Source: Anthoceros angustus (lineage: Eukaryota > Plantae > Anthocerotophyta). From it: a DNA stretch of 64,000 bases. The stretch spans positions 744,001 through 808,000 of the forward strand of contig VJWM01000117.1 of NCBI GenBank assembly GCA_010909165.1, in the 5' to 3' direction. The notes beneath the pieces are model-generated. The model was not told the origin of the DNA, did no database searches, and saw only the letters and a list, made by a program, of their open reading frames with translations. Position 1 is the stretch's first letter, and each line of letters opens with the position of its first letter. The position numbers and the translations under genes are program-made. Positions 44,879 through 58,999 of this stretch are shown in pieces.

Positions 44879-47800
44879 TAGAAGATGAGAATATATATAG
44901 CACAAAGAGGAGAACATTTATAACTTCATAAGTCACAAACGGTTATAACTACCTAACCTAAGTAGCCTAACCCTAGGATACTAAGAAATGTATAATAACC
45001 GTGTGAGTTACTTTTAACAATTAATAAAATATGTCCATCGAACAAAAATTATGAAGGGACAGCAATGGACACTTGAGTTCATCGCAATTAACTCCAACTC
45101 CAAGATCCCAACTACTTTAGACCCTAATTGCCTAGGTAGTTTCTTGAGGAGTCATTTTGTTCTTGAGGGTCTTCTGTCAGGCTTTCAGGAGATTGGGCTC
45201 ACAAGTCAGTGCCATGCTTTAGATGGCCGCGGGAAGCCCTTCAATTTTGTCCGGCCGAGTCGTTTTGTTGTACTTGGCTAAAACTGGAAGCTCATTTCCA
45301 AGATCCTCAACTTGAATGGGAAACAATTCAAAGGGTCTTTTTCCACATGGCTAGTGGCAGCCCCATTTTTAAATGGGTGGGTGTTCCGAAGAATGTGCAT
45401 GAGCTGTGCATGTTCTATAACTGCCGCTTGATTGATGAATTGTTGATGTGGAATAGTTTGGGCATTTGTTCAAGTACAGCAGGAACAAGACCATCGATTC
45501 CTACATGTTAGAGCGTGATGGAGCAGAAACCAAATGACTTCTTGGAGTTTTGGGGAAGCGGTTGGAAGGTCGAGAGTAGTACATATTATCGATCATGGCT
45601 ACAATATTGCAAATACAACCATCTGGCCTTGGGTCGTCTATTTGGAAAACTTGTATCAGGCATCAGAAAAGCTACAGTTAGAAGCTTTAAAAATGAGCTA
45701 CCGTGGAAAGCAAGGTGTGAGGCACACTGTGGCCCCCTTCCGTAAAGAGGGAGGGTCAAAGTTTGCTAAGGGGTAAGGGACAGTCCTCTCGTTAGAGGAG
45801 TGAAAGTTTGCGATACATATGTATTAAATTTAGATAGATCAATTTACATAAATCAATTTACATCAATCAATTTTCGTATAGCTGAGGTCTTAATATGAAG
45901 AAGAAGCTACAAGAATACAACAAAGAGGACCTGAGTAAGAAGCCAATCTTGCCTCAGAGTCCTTCCGGCAGACATAAGTTGATCAAATCTTAGCACATCA
46001 TAGATAAAAAATTAGATGGTAAATGCCTCAAATTTGTCAAGAAAACCTTACGCCATGGTCGTTTTTAACTTATCTTTTAACTCGCTTTGAGGTCAACGCA
46101 CCGCTACCGCCTCACCACCTCCGCCTCCTCCCGCCTCCACTGCTATACGTGCCTACGAACTTCGCTTCCGCCGGCCGGTCATCTCGACTTACCGGTCTTG
46201 CCCTCTTTGTCTTGCTCTTGCGCTTAGTCTCGCCTGGCTGGCCGGTCCTCCCGCTTGCCATATCGCTGGTCCCGCCTGCTACATGTGTCCCGCCTCGTGC
46301 CGCTGGCTGTCCGCCCGCCTATCGCCGTCCCCGCTTTACCGCCGCTGGTCTCGTCACTGGGCTGGTCTCGCCTGCGCTGGTCTCGGCAGTTCTTCCCGTT
46401 GCTGGCTGGTCTCGCCTCTTCATACCGCCACGCTTGTCTCATCACCGGGTCTCGCCTTTACCGCTGGTCCTATCCGCCTCGCTTTGTCGCTTTTCATCTT
46501 TAAGATGAATCTTTAATGAAGATGAGAATTAAATGCAAGATAACTCAAGAACAAGATCATTTGATCCTCGCTTAATACCATGTATCATTTGCTAACACAT
46601 AATACACACCTAAGCTCCCATACTAGAAGATGAGAATATATATAGCACAAAGAGGAGAACATTTATAACTTCATAAGTCACAAACGGTTATAACTACCTA
46701 ACCTAAGTAGCCTAACCCTAGGATACTAAGAAATGTATAATAACCAGGTGAGTTACTTTTAACAATTGGGGCTGAAATACGATGTCCACTGAACAAAAAT
46801 TATGAAGGGACAGCAATGGACACTTGAGTTCATCGCAATTAACTCCAACTCCAAGATCCCAACTACTTTAGACCCTAATTGCCTAGGTAGTTTCTTGAGG
46901 AGTCATTTTGTTCTTGAGGGTCTTCTGTCAGGCTTTCAGGAGATTGGGCTCACAAGTCAGTGCCATGCTTTAGATGGCCGAGGGAAGCCCTTCAGCTTGT
47001 CTGGGTCGTTTTGTTGTACTTGGCTAAAAAACTGGGAAGCTCATTTCCCAAGATCCTCAACTTGAATGGGAAACAATTCAGTGGGTCTTTTTCCACATGG
47101 CTAGTGGCAGCCCCATTTTTAAATGGGTGGGTGTTCCGAAGAATGTGCATGAGCTGTGCATGTTCTATAACTGCCGCTTGATTGATGAATTGTTGATGTG
47201 GAATAGTTTGGGCATTTGTTCATACAGAGAACAAGACCATCGATTCCTACATGTTAGAGCGTGATGGAGCGTAAACCAAATGACTTCTTGGAGTTTTGGG
47301 GAAGCGGTTGGAAGGTCGAGAGTAGTACATATTATCGATCATGGCTACAATATTGCAAATACAACCATCTGGCCTTGGGTCGTCTATTTGGAAAACTTGT
47401 ATCAGGCATCAGAAAAGCTACAGTTAGAAGCTTTAAAAATGAGCTACCGTGGAAAGCAAGGTGTGAGGCACACGTGGCCCCTTCCGTAAAGAGGGAGGGT
47501 CAAAGTTTGCTAAGGGTAAGGGACCCTCCTCTAGAGGAGTGAAAGTTTCATATACATATGTATTAAATTTAGATAGATCAATTTACATAAATCAATTTAC
47601 ATCAATCAATTTTCGTATAGCTGAGGTCTTAATATGAAGAAGAAGCTACAAGAATACAACAAAGAGGACCTGAGTAAGAAGCCAATCTTGCCTCAGAGTC
47701 CTTCCGGCAGACATAAGTTGATCAAATCTTAGCACATCATAGATAAAAAATTAGATGGTAAATGCCTCAAATTTGTCAAGAAAAAACCTTGCTGCCATGG
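44290..47800. repeat. Overlapping ~1.75-kb tandem duplication including decayed retroelement-like coding sequence
   Basis: ~44300-46060 is approximately 46060-47800; both carry MKGQQWTLEFIAINSNSKIP... and ...FWGSGWKVESSTYYRSWLQYC. Confidence 0.85.
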
Positions 47801-47909
47801 CTGTCTGCCCATGGCATTTGGTCTAAATTAGGGTGCAATAGGTCGCTAGTTCGATTCTCGCAATGTCCCGTTGGTATGTTCGTCAAGGAATATTTCTATC
47901 CTTTGCATT

Positions 47910-49400
47910 TTCACTAGAGTGAGAGATTTTTCTATGCCAATTTCAGCCATATAAAAAGTTACCTATTCATCCTTTACATTTTCTCTAGAGTGAGAGTTTT
48001 TTCGGTGCCAATTTCAGCCATATAAAAGTTACCTATTCACCTGTGTAGTGAATTATGAAATACCGAAGTCATCACCGGACGGCTTGTGTGTGACAACTTT
48101 TTTTTCGCCAGTATTCTACACTTAGATGCCTCGGCATCTTCACGATTCCTTCGTCTTATACGAGCCACATCATCACATAATGCAGCCGTATGCGGCAGAA
48201 AACTTTTTGTCTCACAACTTGGGCTCTGGTGTTCGAATGTTGTCATTCAGGTTTTTTCCTGCCGTTTAGGTTTTTTCCTGCCGTTTAGGATTTTTGCTGA
48301 AGGCTTCTGAAGGTTTGCTGAAGGTATGCTCAAGGCTGCTGAAAGTGTGCTCAAGGCTGTTGAAGGTGTGCTCAAGATTGCACGTGGATGTTGTAGAGAA
48401 GAAGAAGAAGAAGAAGAATTTTATTTGAGTCCACTAAGGACGGATTTCCGTCATGGGACTTGGTACTTGACAACTTGTACCATGGTGTGCCTAAGCTACT
48501 TGCACCAAGGGCATCCACTCCCTTTAGGCACCCCATCTAAGTACCGATCTAGGCTCAGGATGCTTAATCACGGCGTTCTTATAAATGTGTGTCCATTTGG
48601 CCTAAGCCATTTGGACGCACATTTAGAGGCTTATGGGTCTAAAACTTTGTGGCTAAGGTTGAAGCTTGCAAGGGTTAGCCAAAATTTAATGGGTGCTTGC
48701 AAGAACGTGCAAGAGCCAATGTTCCCACAACCCTAGCTAACAAAGAAAAACATGTGTATCGTATGCAAAAAGATTATTAACACACCTCCTGAATCGCTAC
48801 ACGGGGGCAGGCCCGCTCGGCCGATGTTGTCAAGTGTGTGACCAGAGAAGTTTCCCGCTGTGAAAAAACTTTTTATGTAACCCTCGATAAAAACCCCTGA
48901 TGACTAGTGTCAGGGTAACAAGTTTGGTATTCTATAGTGAATACGATGTGGACAGCTAGTAATAGATTTTTTTATTATAATTCCGGGCATAAGAAAAAGT
49001 TACCTATTCAAATAAAAATATTTTCACTAGAGTGATAGATTTTTCTATGCCAATTTCGGCCATATAAAAAGTTACATATTCACGTGTGTAGTGAATATGA
49101 GCGGCGGAAAACTTTCTTAGGTAACCCTCGATAAAACCCCTTGGTGTTAGGGTGACAAGTTTGGTATTCTATAGTGAATACGATGTGAACAACTAGTAAT
49201 AGATTTTTCTATTATAATTCTGGGCATAAGAAAAAGTTACCTATTCAGATAAAAATATTTTTATTAGAGTAATAGATTTTTTTGTGCCAATTTTGGCCAT
49301 ATAAAAAGTTACCTATTCATGTATGCAGTGAATTTGAGGTGGACATCTAGTGATAGATTTTTCTATTATAATTCCAGGCATAAGAAAAAGTTAACTATTC
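47910..49400. repeat. AT-rich element with many internal repeats (probable non-autonomous TE)
   Basis: AAAAAGTTACCTATTCA and CTAGAGTGA(G/T)AGATTTTTCTATGCCAATTT recur; 48870-49010 is approximately 49110-49260. Confidence 0.6.
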
Positions 49401-49578
49401 AAGTATGTACCAAATATGAGGTGGACAAGGCAATTGTGCTAAGGGTGGGATAGAAGTTTCTGAAAGACGAGTCTAGACCATCCGCTTGCCGCTTTCCTGG
49501 CTGGGTTCAAGTTCAAGTTGTATTTATATCACCGTGCCTCCTTTCACCTTCCATCATACTCTAGAGTGTGAAGTCTAG

Positions 49579-50349
<771 letters not shown>

Positions 50350-53300
50350 ACTTCATTGTAGAGGATGACAATTTTCAATTTTGTGAATACAATAGTGGGG
50401 TTAGCTTCCAATGGTAGTCTTTCGAAGGAAATGACTAGATGCGCATTGCATTCAGTTGTGAGTATTTGAGATGTACGGTCCTTGTCCTCGTGAAATGCTA
50501 ATTGACGGCTCCGTGAGAGGTGGTTTGTAAACCCTCATTGTCAATACTTCAGTGGATAACAAAATTTTGTGAATAGTAGGGCTAGCTTCCGAGGGTTAGT
50601 CTTTCAAAGTAATGACCACATGCTCATGGCACAGAATAAAATATGTCTTGTAAACACCAATGTACTCATTAGAGAGGCTTCACAGTTTTCAGTTTCCATG
50701 CGAAAACCTTCTTGATAAATAGCAGAGCGCAAAACAGGCTGCGGGAATCCTGTTTGACTGCCAAAATACATTCTTGTTTGACCGCCAAAATAGGCTCGGT
50801 AGGTTCATCCGGGATGTTGCCCCGTTTGTCACTTGAGTTAGGGTTAGGGTTTGTATGAGGGTTCTTCAGTTTGCCACAAACGAGTACACAAAGGCATTGG
50901 CTCGGGCTTATGGAGAACGAGATGGGACAATTACGTCATGATCTGTGATTATTTGGACCAGCCTGATTAATTTGCAGCTTTATTTGGTCAACAAAGAGGA
51001 CGAAAATTGATATCAAATTTTTATGGTATTACATCTTTGAAGAGCCCTTGAAACGAGCTTTCATTTAATTGCTTTGTCAAAGTTTAAGTTTAAGTTTAAG
51101 TCTGTCTAGGTCCTTCATTGCAACCTTGTCATGACGCCTCTTGGTGATAGGTGGTGGTGGAATTGCAGTTGACAAGCCTGCAGACATTGAACGAGGGGGG
51201 GCCAGAGGAGAAGAAAAGATTGGAGGGTCTCCGTACGGTGGGAAAAGACCATTATAGCCTTGTGCCTGAGATGCAAGAGTGGGAGGAGAAGCCTGTCCTC
51301 GGAGTATAGGTTGTGATGCGGATGGAGGGAAGGGAGCACCTCGTGTGAGGTATGAAATGAAAGACACGTTGGAAATGCACGGCCCCAGAGAGAAAAGAGT
51401 TGACCTTCCTGGATAAATGAAGGAATCATGTGTTCGTTCTTGGCGTCCCTTTGTACTTCCATTTTAGCGGGCAAACGAGAAAGATCGCGGGCGAACGATG
51501 ACGGGCAAACAAATGAACGCCATGTTTGAGTAATTTCACAGATGCTTGGACACACGCCATGACAAGGGAGGGGCTCTTGGTTTGGGGTTACTTCGAAGTA
51601 AATTGAGTGAATAATCATGCCTTGTGGCAGCATATCATAGAACATAAAATATCATCGGCAGGTGTTCTGCCGAGTTCGAAACTGACATCAGACATATGGT
51701 ATTTTGGCTGGCCGAGCTCATGGTGTAAATGACATGAAACGATGTCGGCGAATTACAACGTCGGGATTTTTCCTCCACCAACCTATGTGAATCCACCCTT
51801 AAAGTCGTTAGCCCAATCCTATAGGAATCATAGCGTCAAAGGCATTTATAACACCTTTTTCAAAAAAATAGAATAAAATATCCTAATTTTTATTGGGAGC
51901 AACAAAAAGCTAGTTTAGTATTGAAGAAAAGGAATGGAAATGGAGATTCGCTGTGGGGCTCGGCACTGCGTCACCCACAGCTGGCACATGTTATGTGATG
52001 GACGTGCTAGAACTAGAAGAAACTCTAGTCTTGATTGACATTTCATTTGTTATTTTCCACCTAGAAAATTCGCCAGAGGGCTCCATCATCTTGGGACTAA
52101 GGGGTCTTTGGTTTTTTCCCACAATGGTTTTCATGACAGCCGGGTACTGTGACAAAGGTTAGGTCAAGCCGACCATCGATCTGTTCAGGGCAGTAATACC
52201 AAGGCATCCTTCAGCAAGCAATAAGATGGCCTATGCTGGCACCCAACTTTGGGTCAGCAATGATGGCAAAAGCACAACAGAATAGTGGTCATGTTACGCA
52301 ACAGAATAAGATAGAAAACGGCCGTTAGTCAGCACTTCTCGGATACACGACTAGCAACTGAAAACAATCGGAAGGGGGCAAGCTTCAGAGCCTGCCCATT
52401 AGTAACAACATTCACTTGACATACACATAATAGAAAGAAAACTTGGATGCCAAGGGCAGGTCTACTTTCCAAGCCAAAGTGTAACAAGGGGCCCAAAAAG
52501 TGTTACATAGCCCCAAAATTGCAACACGAGTGTTACATCCAGGGGTCCAAATCTTAACATAAAGTGTAACATAAGTAGGCATTTCTAGTACGGATGGCTA
52601 ATAGCCACGGCTGAGACCTGAGCAAGGATATCGGCGAGTCATGAAACAATTGCAGTGTTGGACGGGACACATCCGCCGACTTGTTATTGTTTCCCTGTGT
52701 CGGGATGTTTGTGTTGCCCGAGCAATCGCTGAAGGCAAAACCATAGTGAGTGGCCTTTAGAAAGGGAGCAATGTCAGTGGCCTAGCCGCGACAACGGATC
52801 ACACCTGGCCTGGCCATTAGTGGCCTAACCCCGACGGCCTCATCGCGGCCGACCAGTCTTGAAAGAACTGCGTCTGGCTCCGTGCATGAAGCTAGACCTC
52901 CACTTCGGTACCTTGAGCTAGGTGCCCGGTGTGGGAAGTTCGGCATTCTATAGGAGTAGGTGTGAGAGTACCGTCATACATATAGGAGTAGAGAGGAGGT
53001 AAGGACCGTACCTTTGCACAAAACAAAAGAAGGTCACAAACAGGTTTCCCTAAACTTGTGGGTGATGATAACGGTATTCCATACTGGAGGACTATAACAG
53101 AGTCTTCAAATTCCGTAAACAATATACATTCCAATGTAAGTGCTTTTGTTGCAATCATGTTGCAAGGGTGTTGCAATTATGTTGAGATGAAGTGAGAGGT
53201 GCTTTTGTCCTCTCTCAAGATTGCAACAAGATTGCAACAAGATTGCAACATACCTACTGATTCATGTCGTTTTGGGGCTATTCCGACAGTGGGGTAGATG

Positions 53301-55049
53301 AGTCTTCAGATGTAGAGTAAGACTTCTCACAGTCCCTTGCATCATGTGGACTGTATTTGGCGGAGGAGGTAATGGGAGTGTCTGGTTCTGCAAGAATGCA
53401 GGGAGGACAATCTTTTTGCTTTTGCCCTATGGAATACCAAGTTTTACATAGTCGTTACTACTACGCCCATCAATACCACCACATATAAATGCCCGTATCA
53501 ATACGTTCTTTGTACTATACGTGTATCATTTACATATATACGATATCGTATTTTTAATGATATATATTCATATTATATTTTATATATAATAAATATGTAT
53601 ATCATACGAGTTACGTATGTATGCTGGTCTGTACATGTTTATTATATGGTACTTTGTATTTACCATTTGTGCAAATCTTGACGCATCTTTATGCCCCAGA
53701 TTTCTAGCACAACTGCCTATTTTTCTCTATCCAGTGCCTCCTAAAAAGGCACATCTTGAATTTCATCGACTGCCTCCTCTTCTGCCTCCATCTTCTCCTC
53801 TGCGTCACCGCCATTACGTGCCCTCCCCACGGCCACGAACTGTCGACTTCCCCTGGCTCTCTTTTAACGCACCTGAATGTTCCCCCCCAAGTCCTCCCTC
53901 CTTCTCTCTCCCCCTAGACAACTGCCTCATGTCCGTTACGCCTTTTGCCCCTCGACCATGGTCATGTTGGTCGCCCACTCCTGTCCTCCCTTTGCCACCC
54001 GCCTCTTCCACTCCCTTGCGTTGTTTTCATTGTCCTCCCTCCTCCTCCTCCTCATACATAATCAAGTAAAAACAAGAGTTTCAGCTGTGTATGTGGAGCT
54101 TAAAAACAAAACCAGATCTAGACACAAGGGTGCATTGAAGAGGGAAGGTAGATTATAAACGCATAGCTATGCAAAGGAGGCAAAATGGAAAGAGAATGAC
54201 AGCCAAAGGGAGAGAGATAGAGTCCCTGGTTACTGTCATGTAGGAAAAGCAAGAGGGGAAGAATAAAATAGTAGTGTGAGAGGGGAGCTCATTGTCACAG
54301 TCATGTTGCAACACAAAGAGGGAAAAATTATAAAATGGGTGTCATACTGAAGCATTAACTAGGAGTGAGAGGTGACAGGAGAGACCAGAAGCAGGTTGTT
54401 AAGATGATGAGAGAAAGTGGAGAAGAAAATCACAAACTTAACACCAAGCCAACTAACTTAATGCGTGTTGCCAATGGAAAGTATTACATGAAATTGTAAC
54501 AAAGGACTATAACATAAGCAGGTTTTCATAGTATATGTTTGAAATCATAAACAATGCTATACTTAGGAGGGTGAGGTGATGAGAGAGAGAGTCAGGTTTG
54601 TGTGAAGATGGTGACAGCATGAGAAGGGAATAGTGTCAAACTTAATACCAAGCCAAGCATGTTGCAATTTGGAAGTGTAACATAAAATTGCAACAACGAC
54701 TGTAACATAGGCTGCCTTTTCTAGTAGGGTATGCCTTGAGCTCTGTCCTTTGGAGTCCGGTGTTTGCTCTCTCTGGGCGCTCTCAGTCATCGAGCCAAGT
54801 GGTGCGCCATGTCGGCATAATAAGTCACACAAGTTTTCTCGCGTGGGTGACGAGAATGGTATTCCATACTCCAACAGCTCATTCCCTGGGACTTATTAAT
54901 CGGATTGCGACTTCATGGAGCCCAATGTTCCAGCTTGCACACAAAGAATACATATTTTATGGCTAGCCTGCTCACTTATGGAAAAAATAAATACACTTCG
55001 CATGGAAAACCCAAACAGTACCTACTTGGGATTCCGTCATTGAGCATGT

Positions 55050-55520
55050 GATCCTCAAACGGGGTGGGTAGCGGAGGGATGTACCATGGCGAAGGTTTGC
55101 AAGTACTCTCCTATGCAGCAGGGGCACGCCTTCATCCCCCTCGCCATCGAGACCCATGGGGCCATGGGCAAGGCTTTTCTAGGTTCCTTAAGACCTATGC
55201 TACGGAGTATCACAACCGCAGGAACAGGGTTGGCCTCCCTCTTTTATGTATCGTGGCTTTCTACAGGCAACGGATATTCATCGCCCGCAACGGGCATTGG
55301 CCAATGCGGTATATAGGACAACGGCGAGCGTAGGGCAAGCGGTTTCTTCGGCACCGATGGTGGGTAGGCCTTTTGCATCCCCAATTTTGATATCCTTATT
55401 GCAATAGGCAGTTACAAGACTAGCGACAATGGGGTTAGTCCCCCATGGTCTGGTGCCCTCATAAGGGGTGTTCCTCTTCTCGTGGGTAGATGGTTTCCCA
55501 TCTCTTTTCATAATAAAGTC
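55050..55520 (+). mobile_element. 3' fragment of a CRE-like RLE LINE
   Basis: KVCKYSPMQQGHAFIPLAIETHGAMG; terminal hairpin AGATGG-TTTC-CCATCT followed by AATAAA. Confidence 0.7.
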
Positions 55521-55879
55521 TCCTGTTTCCTACTTAGGGAAATATATGCCAGTTAATCCACTTTTGCTTGGCCTCCCTTACATGATTATGAAAGTGCTGC
55601 ATTGGGTACTGTAAGAGCCATGGCGGTCTGGAGCTCTACAGGCAAAGTGCAATTGGACCCACAGCTTTGTTTGTGGGCTCAAGAATGTGGTGGGCTTATG
55701 GGCCCGGGCATTCTAGGATGACCTTGCTGGCCCGCTCGCCCAATTTCCAGGAGCCGAGCATTGGCCCAGTATCAATTTCGGGAGGTGCAGCACCCCTAGC
55801 TGTGAGAACGGCAGCCAGTGTGCCTGACGGTGGCTTACCAACGGCTGAAATGTTGGTCATGCTATGTCATGAAGCCCAG

Positions 55880-56590
55880 GTTAAAAAGATGTGGAAACCT
55901 GGCCTTCAATGATAGCAGGGTATTCCCAGCAGGGTACGGGGCGGGAAGCCCTTCGTCTCTGCACTGCTATGCAAGCAAAAGGCTTCGCTGTACCTGATTC
56001 TGTGACTTTCATCTGCCTCCTGCAGGCATGTGCAAATGTGAGCACCCCAGCTTTGGACAAGGGAAAGCAGCTGCATGTGCAAGCTAGAGAACGAGGACTC
56101 CGATGTGATGTGTTGATTGCCAACAGTTTGGTGAACATGTATGCATAGTGTGGCACCTTGGAAGATGCTCAGAGACTGTTTGACGCTCGTGGCCAAAAGA
56201 ATGTGGTGACGTGGACTGCCATGATTGCAGGGTATTCCCAACAGGGTACATCGCGTTTGCAGCTGCAGGAAGAAGGCCTGGCTGCACCTGATTCAGTGAC
56301 ATTTGTGTGTCTCCTGCAGGCATGTGCAAATTTGGCCGCTTTGCATCTCGGAATGTAGCTACATGCGCAGATAATAGAACAAGGGCTTCAAGCTAACGTG
56401 TTTGTAGCTGCCAGCTTGATCAACATGTACGGGAAGTCCGGGAGCAGCGTTGATGCACTGGTGGACAGACAAGGACGGCATGGTGTATAGTTTTCTGGTT
56501 GGGGATGAGAAACATCTCCAGTGTCAAACAAGGCTGAAGCAATCTTCCCCGAAATGAAGAGAGATGGATATGTGCCACATGTAACCTCAT
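55880..56590 (+). pseudogene. PLS-PPR (WW-type) pseudogene, related to 31870-34044
   Basis: In-frame stops (VNMYA*CG, LHLGM*LH) and deletions; jumps from MYGKSGS..DA to WWTDKDGMVYSFLVGDEKH...GYVPH. Confidence 0.85.
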
Positions 56591-57053
56591 AGCACTGGCA
56601 GCCACCATAGGACTCCGGTACAGCGGGTCATGAACTGTTTGTTGCTGGAACAGACGCCAAAATCAGGGTACCATTGCTGTCCGCAGAATTGCAGTAGCCC
56701 TTTGTGGGTTCTGCCATAGTGGAATCCCTGCAAGAAGGGAAGGGCCTTGCTCCTAAGTAGTTTGTCATACAGGGAAAATCGAGGCTGGATGTAAGCCAAA
56801 GGGGGTGGTGAAGGAGGTTATCCCTCCATAGCTGCCGGCAGGTTAGGGCTAGACGAGGCCTAGTTCACATGTAAGAACGCTCTACTTGTGCTGCTTCTGC
56901 CTGTTTCTGGCTTTTGGCCATGCCGGACGGTTTCTGCCGATGGCGTGATTCTGAGGCCTCGCAGCCTTCTGGATTACAATGAAGCTTGGCTCGGAGGTTG
57001 AAAGCAAAAAGGCCTGAAAAAGCACTGAAAATCCCAGCTCCGATTATGCGGTA

Positions 57054-58364
57054 ATGAATTTACCTGAAGGAAGAACGCATAATGAGATGCTTTCGGTAGA
57101 CGCAATTCTGCAATCTGCTGTTGGACGGAGGCGAAGGGTTGAAGCGCCCAGAAGGGATGATGGCCGCGAGGAGGGCGGTGGCGCCCTCCCCCCTCTGTTC
57201 CTGGAGGTCATCCTACGCCCGGCGGAGCCAGGCACCCTCGGTGATTCGCGGGTGCGCCCAAGGTCGCATTCATCGCAGGTCCGAGATGCATGTAGCCTCC
57301 TCGGTATCGGATGGCGGGCTCCCGCGATTCCTGTATGCTCATCTTCTTCTTGTAGTGTCTGCATGGCAGCTGTGCAGAATGGAAGCAAGGAGCTCGTCAC
57401 GGACGTGAGTAAGAGACCACACGAGACGCTTCAGTCGGGTCTCAAGCTTCTCAATGTTGTCTTGGTATCACCTCAGGTATGTAGCTCCATTCAAGCTTTC
57501 TTCACTCATTCTTCTGCTACGTGGTGGTCATGACCAGCTTGCTCTCAGATCCCCGGCAACACAGGCAGCATTGCCAGGACATGTGCCGCTGCGGAAGTCG
57601 CATTACACTTAGTCGAGGTACTCCCAGTCTCTTGGAAGCAGCTGAACTGCATCCTCTACTCGTGGTTGCTTGGCATAAACCTATCCTCCGTGTCTGTGTT
57701 CCAGCCTCTAGGGTACCAGATTTCAGACGCAAAGCTCAAGCGAGCTGGCTTGGATTACTGGCCGTATCCTAACCACAGGCTAGGGCCTGCCTTTCTTCTT
57801 CCTCCCTTGCTCATTCTGTTCAGGAGCAGCTTGACCTAACCTGCTACAGATACGTTGTAGTTCGGATACACCCGAGCTGGGACGAGTTCTTCCAGTACTT
57901 CCTGAAGCAGGAAGGTGAAAAGAGATTGGTGGCGTTCACCAAGAGAGGCACGACGTTGTATACGGTACACTCGTGTTACTCTTGTCTGCTCTTCACAGGC
58001 TGTAAGGTGGTGCTGTGGTGGTGCTGTGGTGGTGCTGTGGTGGTGCTGTGGTGGTGCTGTGGTGATGCTGTGCGTGTGTCGGACTGGCCAGGATGTCACG
58101 TACAGGCCTGGGGACTGGTTATTGTTTGGGTCGGAGGTTGATGGCCTTCCAAGTGCAGCCATTCGAGAGAGCACCGATGGAGTGCATGCAGGCGGTGCGG
58201 CTCGCATTCCCATCTGCGAGACCTACGTCAGATGCTTGAACCTTTCAGTGTCTGTGGGGATTGGAGTCTACGAAGCACTCCGCCAGCTTGATCAAGTAGC
58301 TAGCCTGGACAGGTCCGGACGAGATGAAGAGCCGGCCATGGTAGATGGTGGTGGCTTTGTGTGA
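57054..58364 (+). CDS. trmL: SPOUT tRNA (cytidine/uridine-34 2'-O)-methyltransferase, TrmL-like; start uncertain
   Basis: Exons give LNVVLVSPQ|IPGNTGSIARTCAAAEVALHLVE|PLGYQISDAKLKRAGLDYWP|YVVVRIH...|...LLFGSEVDGLP...RIP...VRCLNLSVSVGIGVYEALRQL. Confidence 0.92.
58005..58065. repeat. 11-bp tandem repeat (GGTGGTGCTGT)x~5 in a trmL intron
   Basis: Directly visible. Confidence 0.85.
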
Positions 58365-58999
58365 ATCTTCAGAGTCCAATTGCAAGCGTGACACTCTGGA
58401 ATGCTGCTTTGCGATCGAATCATATGGGACGTGAAGGTCATTGCCTCTTAGGCCCTGCAAAGAACTCCACACTGCAAACTCTGGCGTTGGTTGAATTTAA
58501 ATTACCATTTAATTTACCGTTATCAGTCATGTATCTGTAGTGCGCGTAAAGTCCAATCCCTGCTCAACATGACCTCATACATAGGTTGCTCACACTCGTC
58601 ACGATACCGATGACTCTTACACGGTTTTTATGGGGGAAATGAAGACTTTATGGGTACCTATTCGATGTTACCGGCTTGACACGACATGCTTATTTACCAG
58701 CCTAGCTAGCTGTCATTCTGATGTTTTATCCCGTTATGTTGCACGGGCTTCCCGTCCCGTCCATTCTGTCAGTTTCTCCCGTTCCGATATATTTTTCGGA
58801 ATTTCCCGTTTCTCCCGTTAAATAATAACGGGTTCTTGAACCACGCCGTTCAGTTTCAACGGGCTTTGTATTTATAGCATTCAATTCACTATTATCAGAA
58901 ATGTACAGTGCACTTAAGACTAACCCCAAGTTGACATATTGTCAATACTTGAAAGAAAATTAATGCTGGCTCGCGGAATAGGAAGACCACAGTTATTAT

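Noticed and set aside
42216-46516. Leu/Cys/Pro-rich ORFs in the GC-rich tract
   Set aside because: They arise from low-complexity CTG/CGC repeats, and frames are not conserved among the three copies.
47820-47880. GTTCGATTC T-loop-like motif suggesting a tRNA or SINE
   Set aside because: No acceptor, D or anticodon stems could be folded around it.
50835-50852. TTAGGGTTAGGGTTT telomere-like motif
   Set aside because: Only two units; expected by chance or as a telo-box; not an interstitial telomere.
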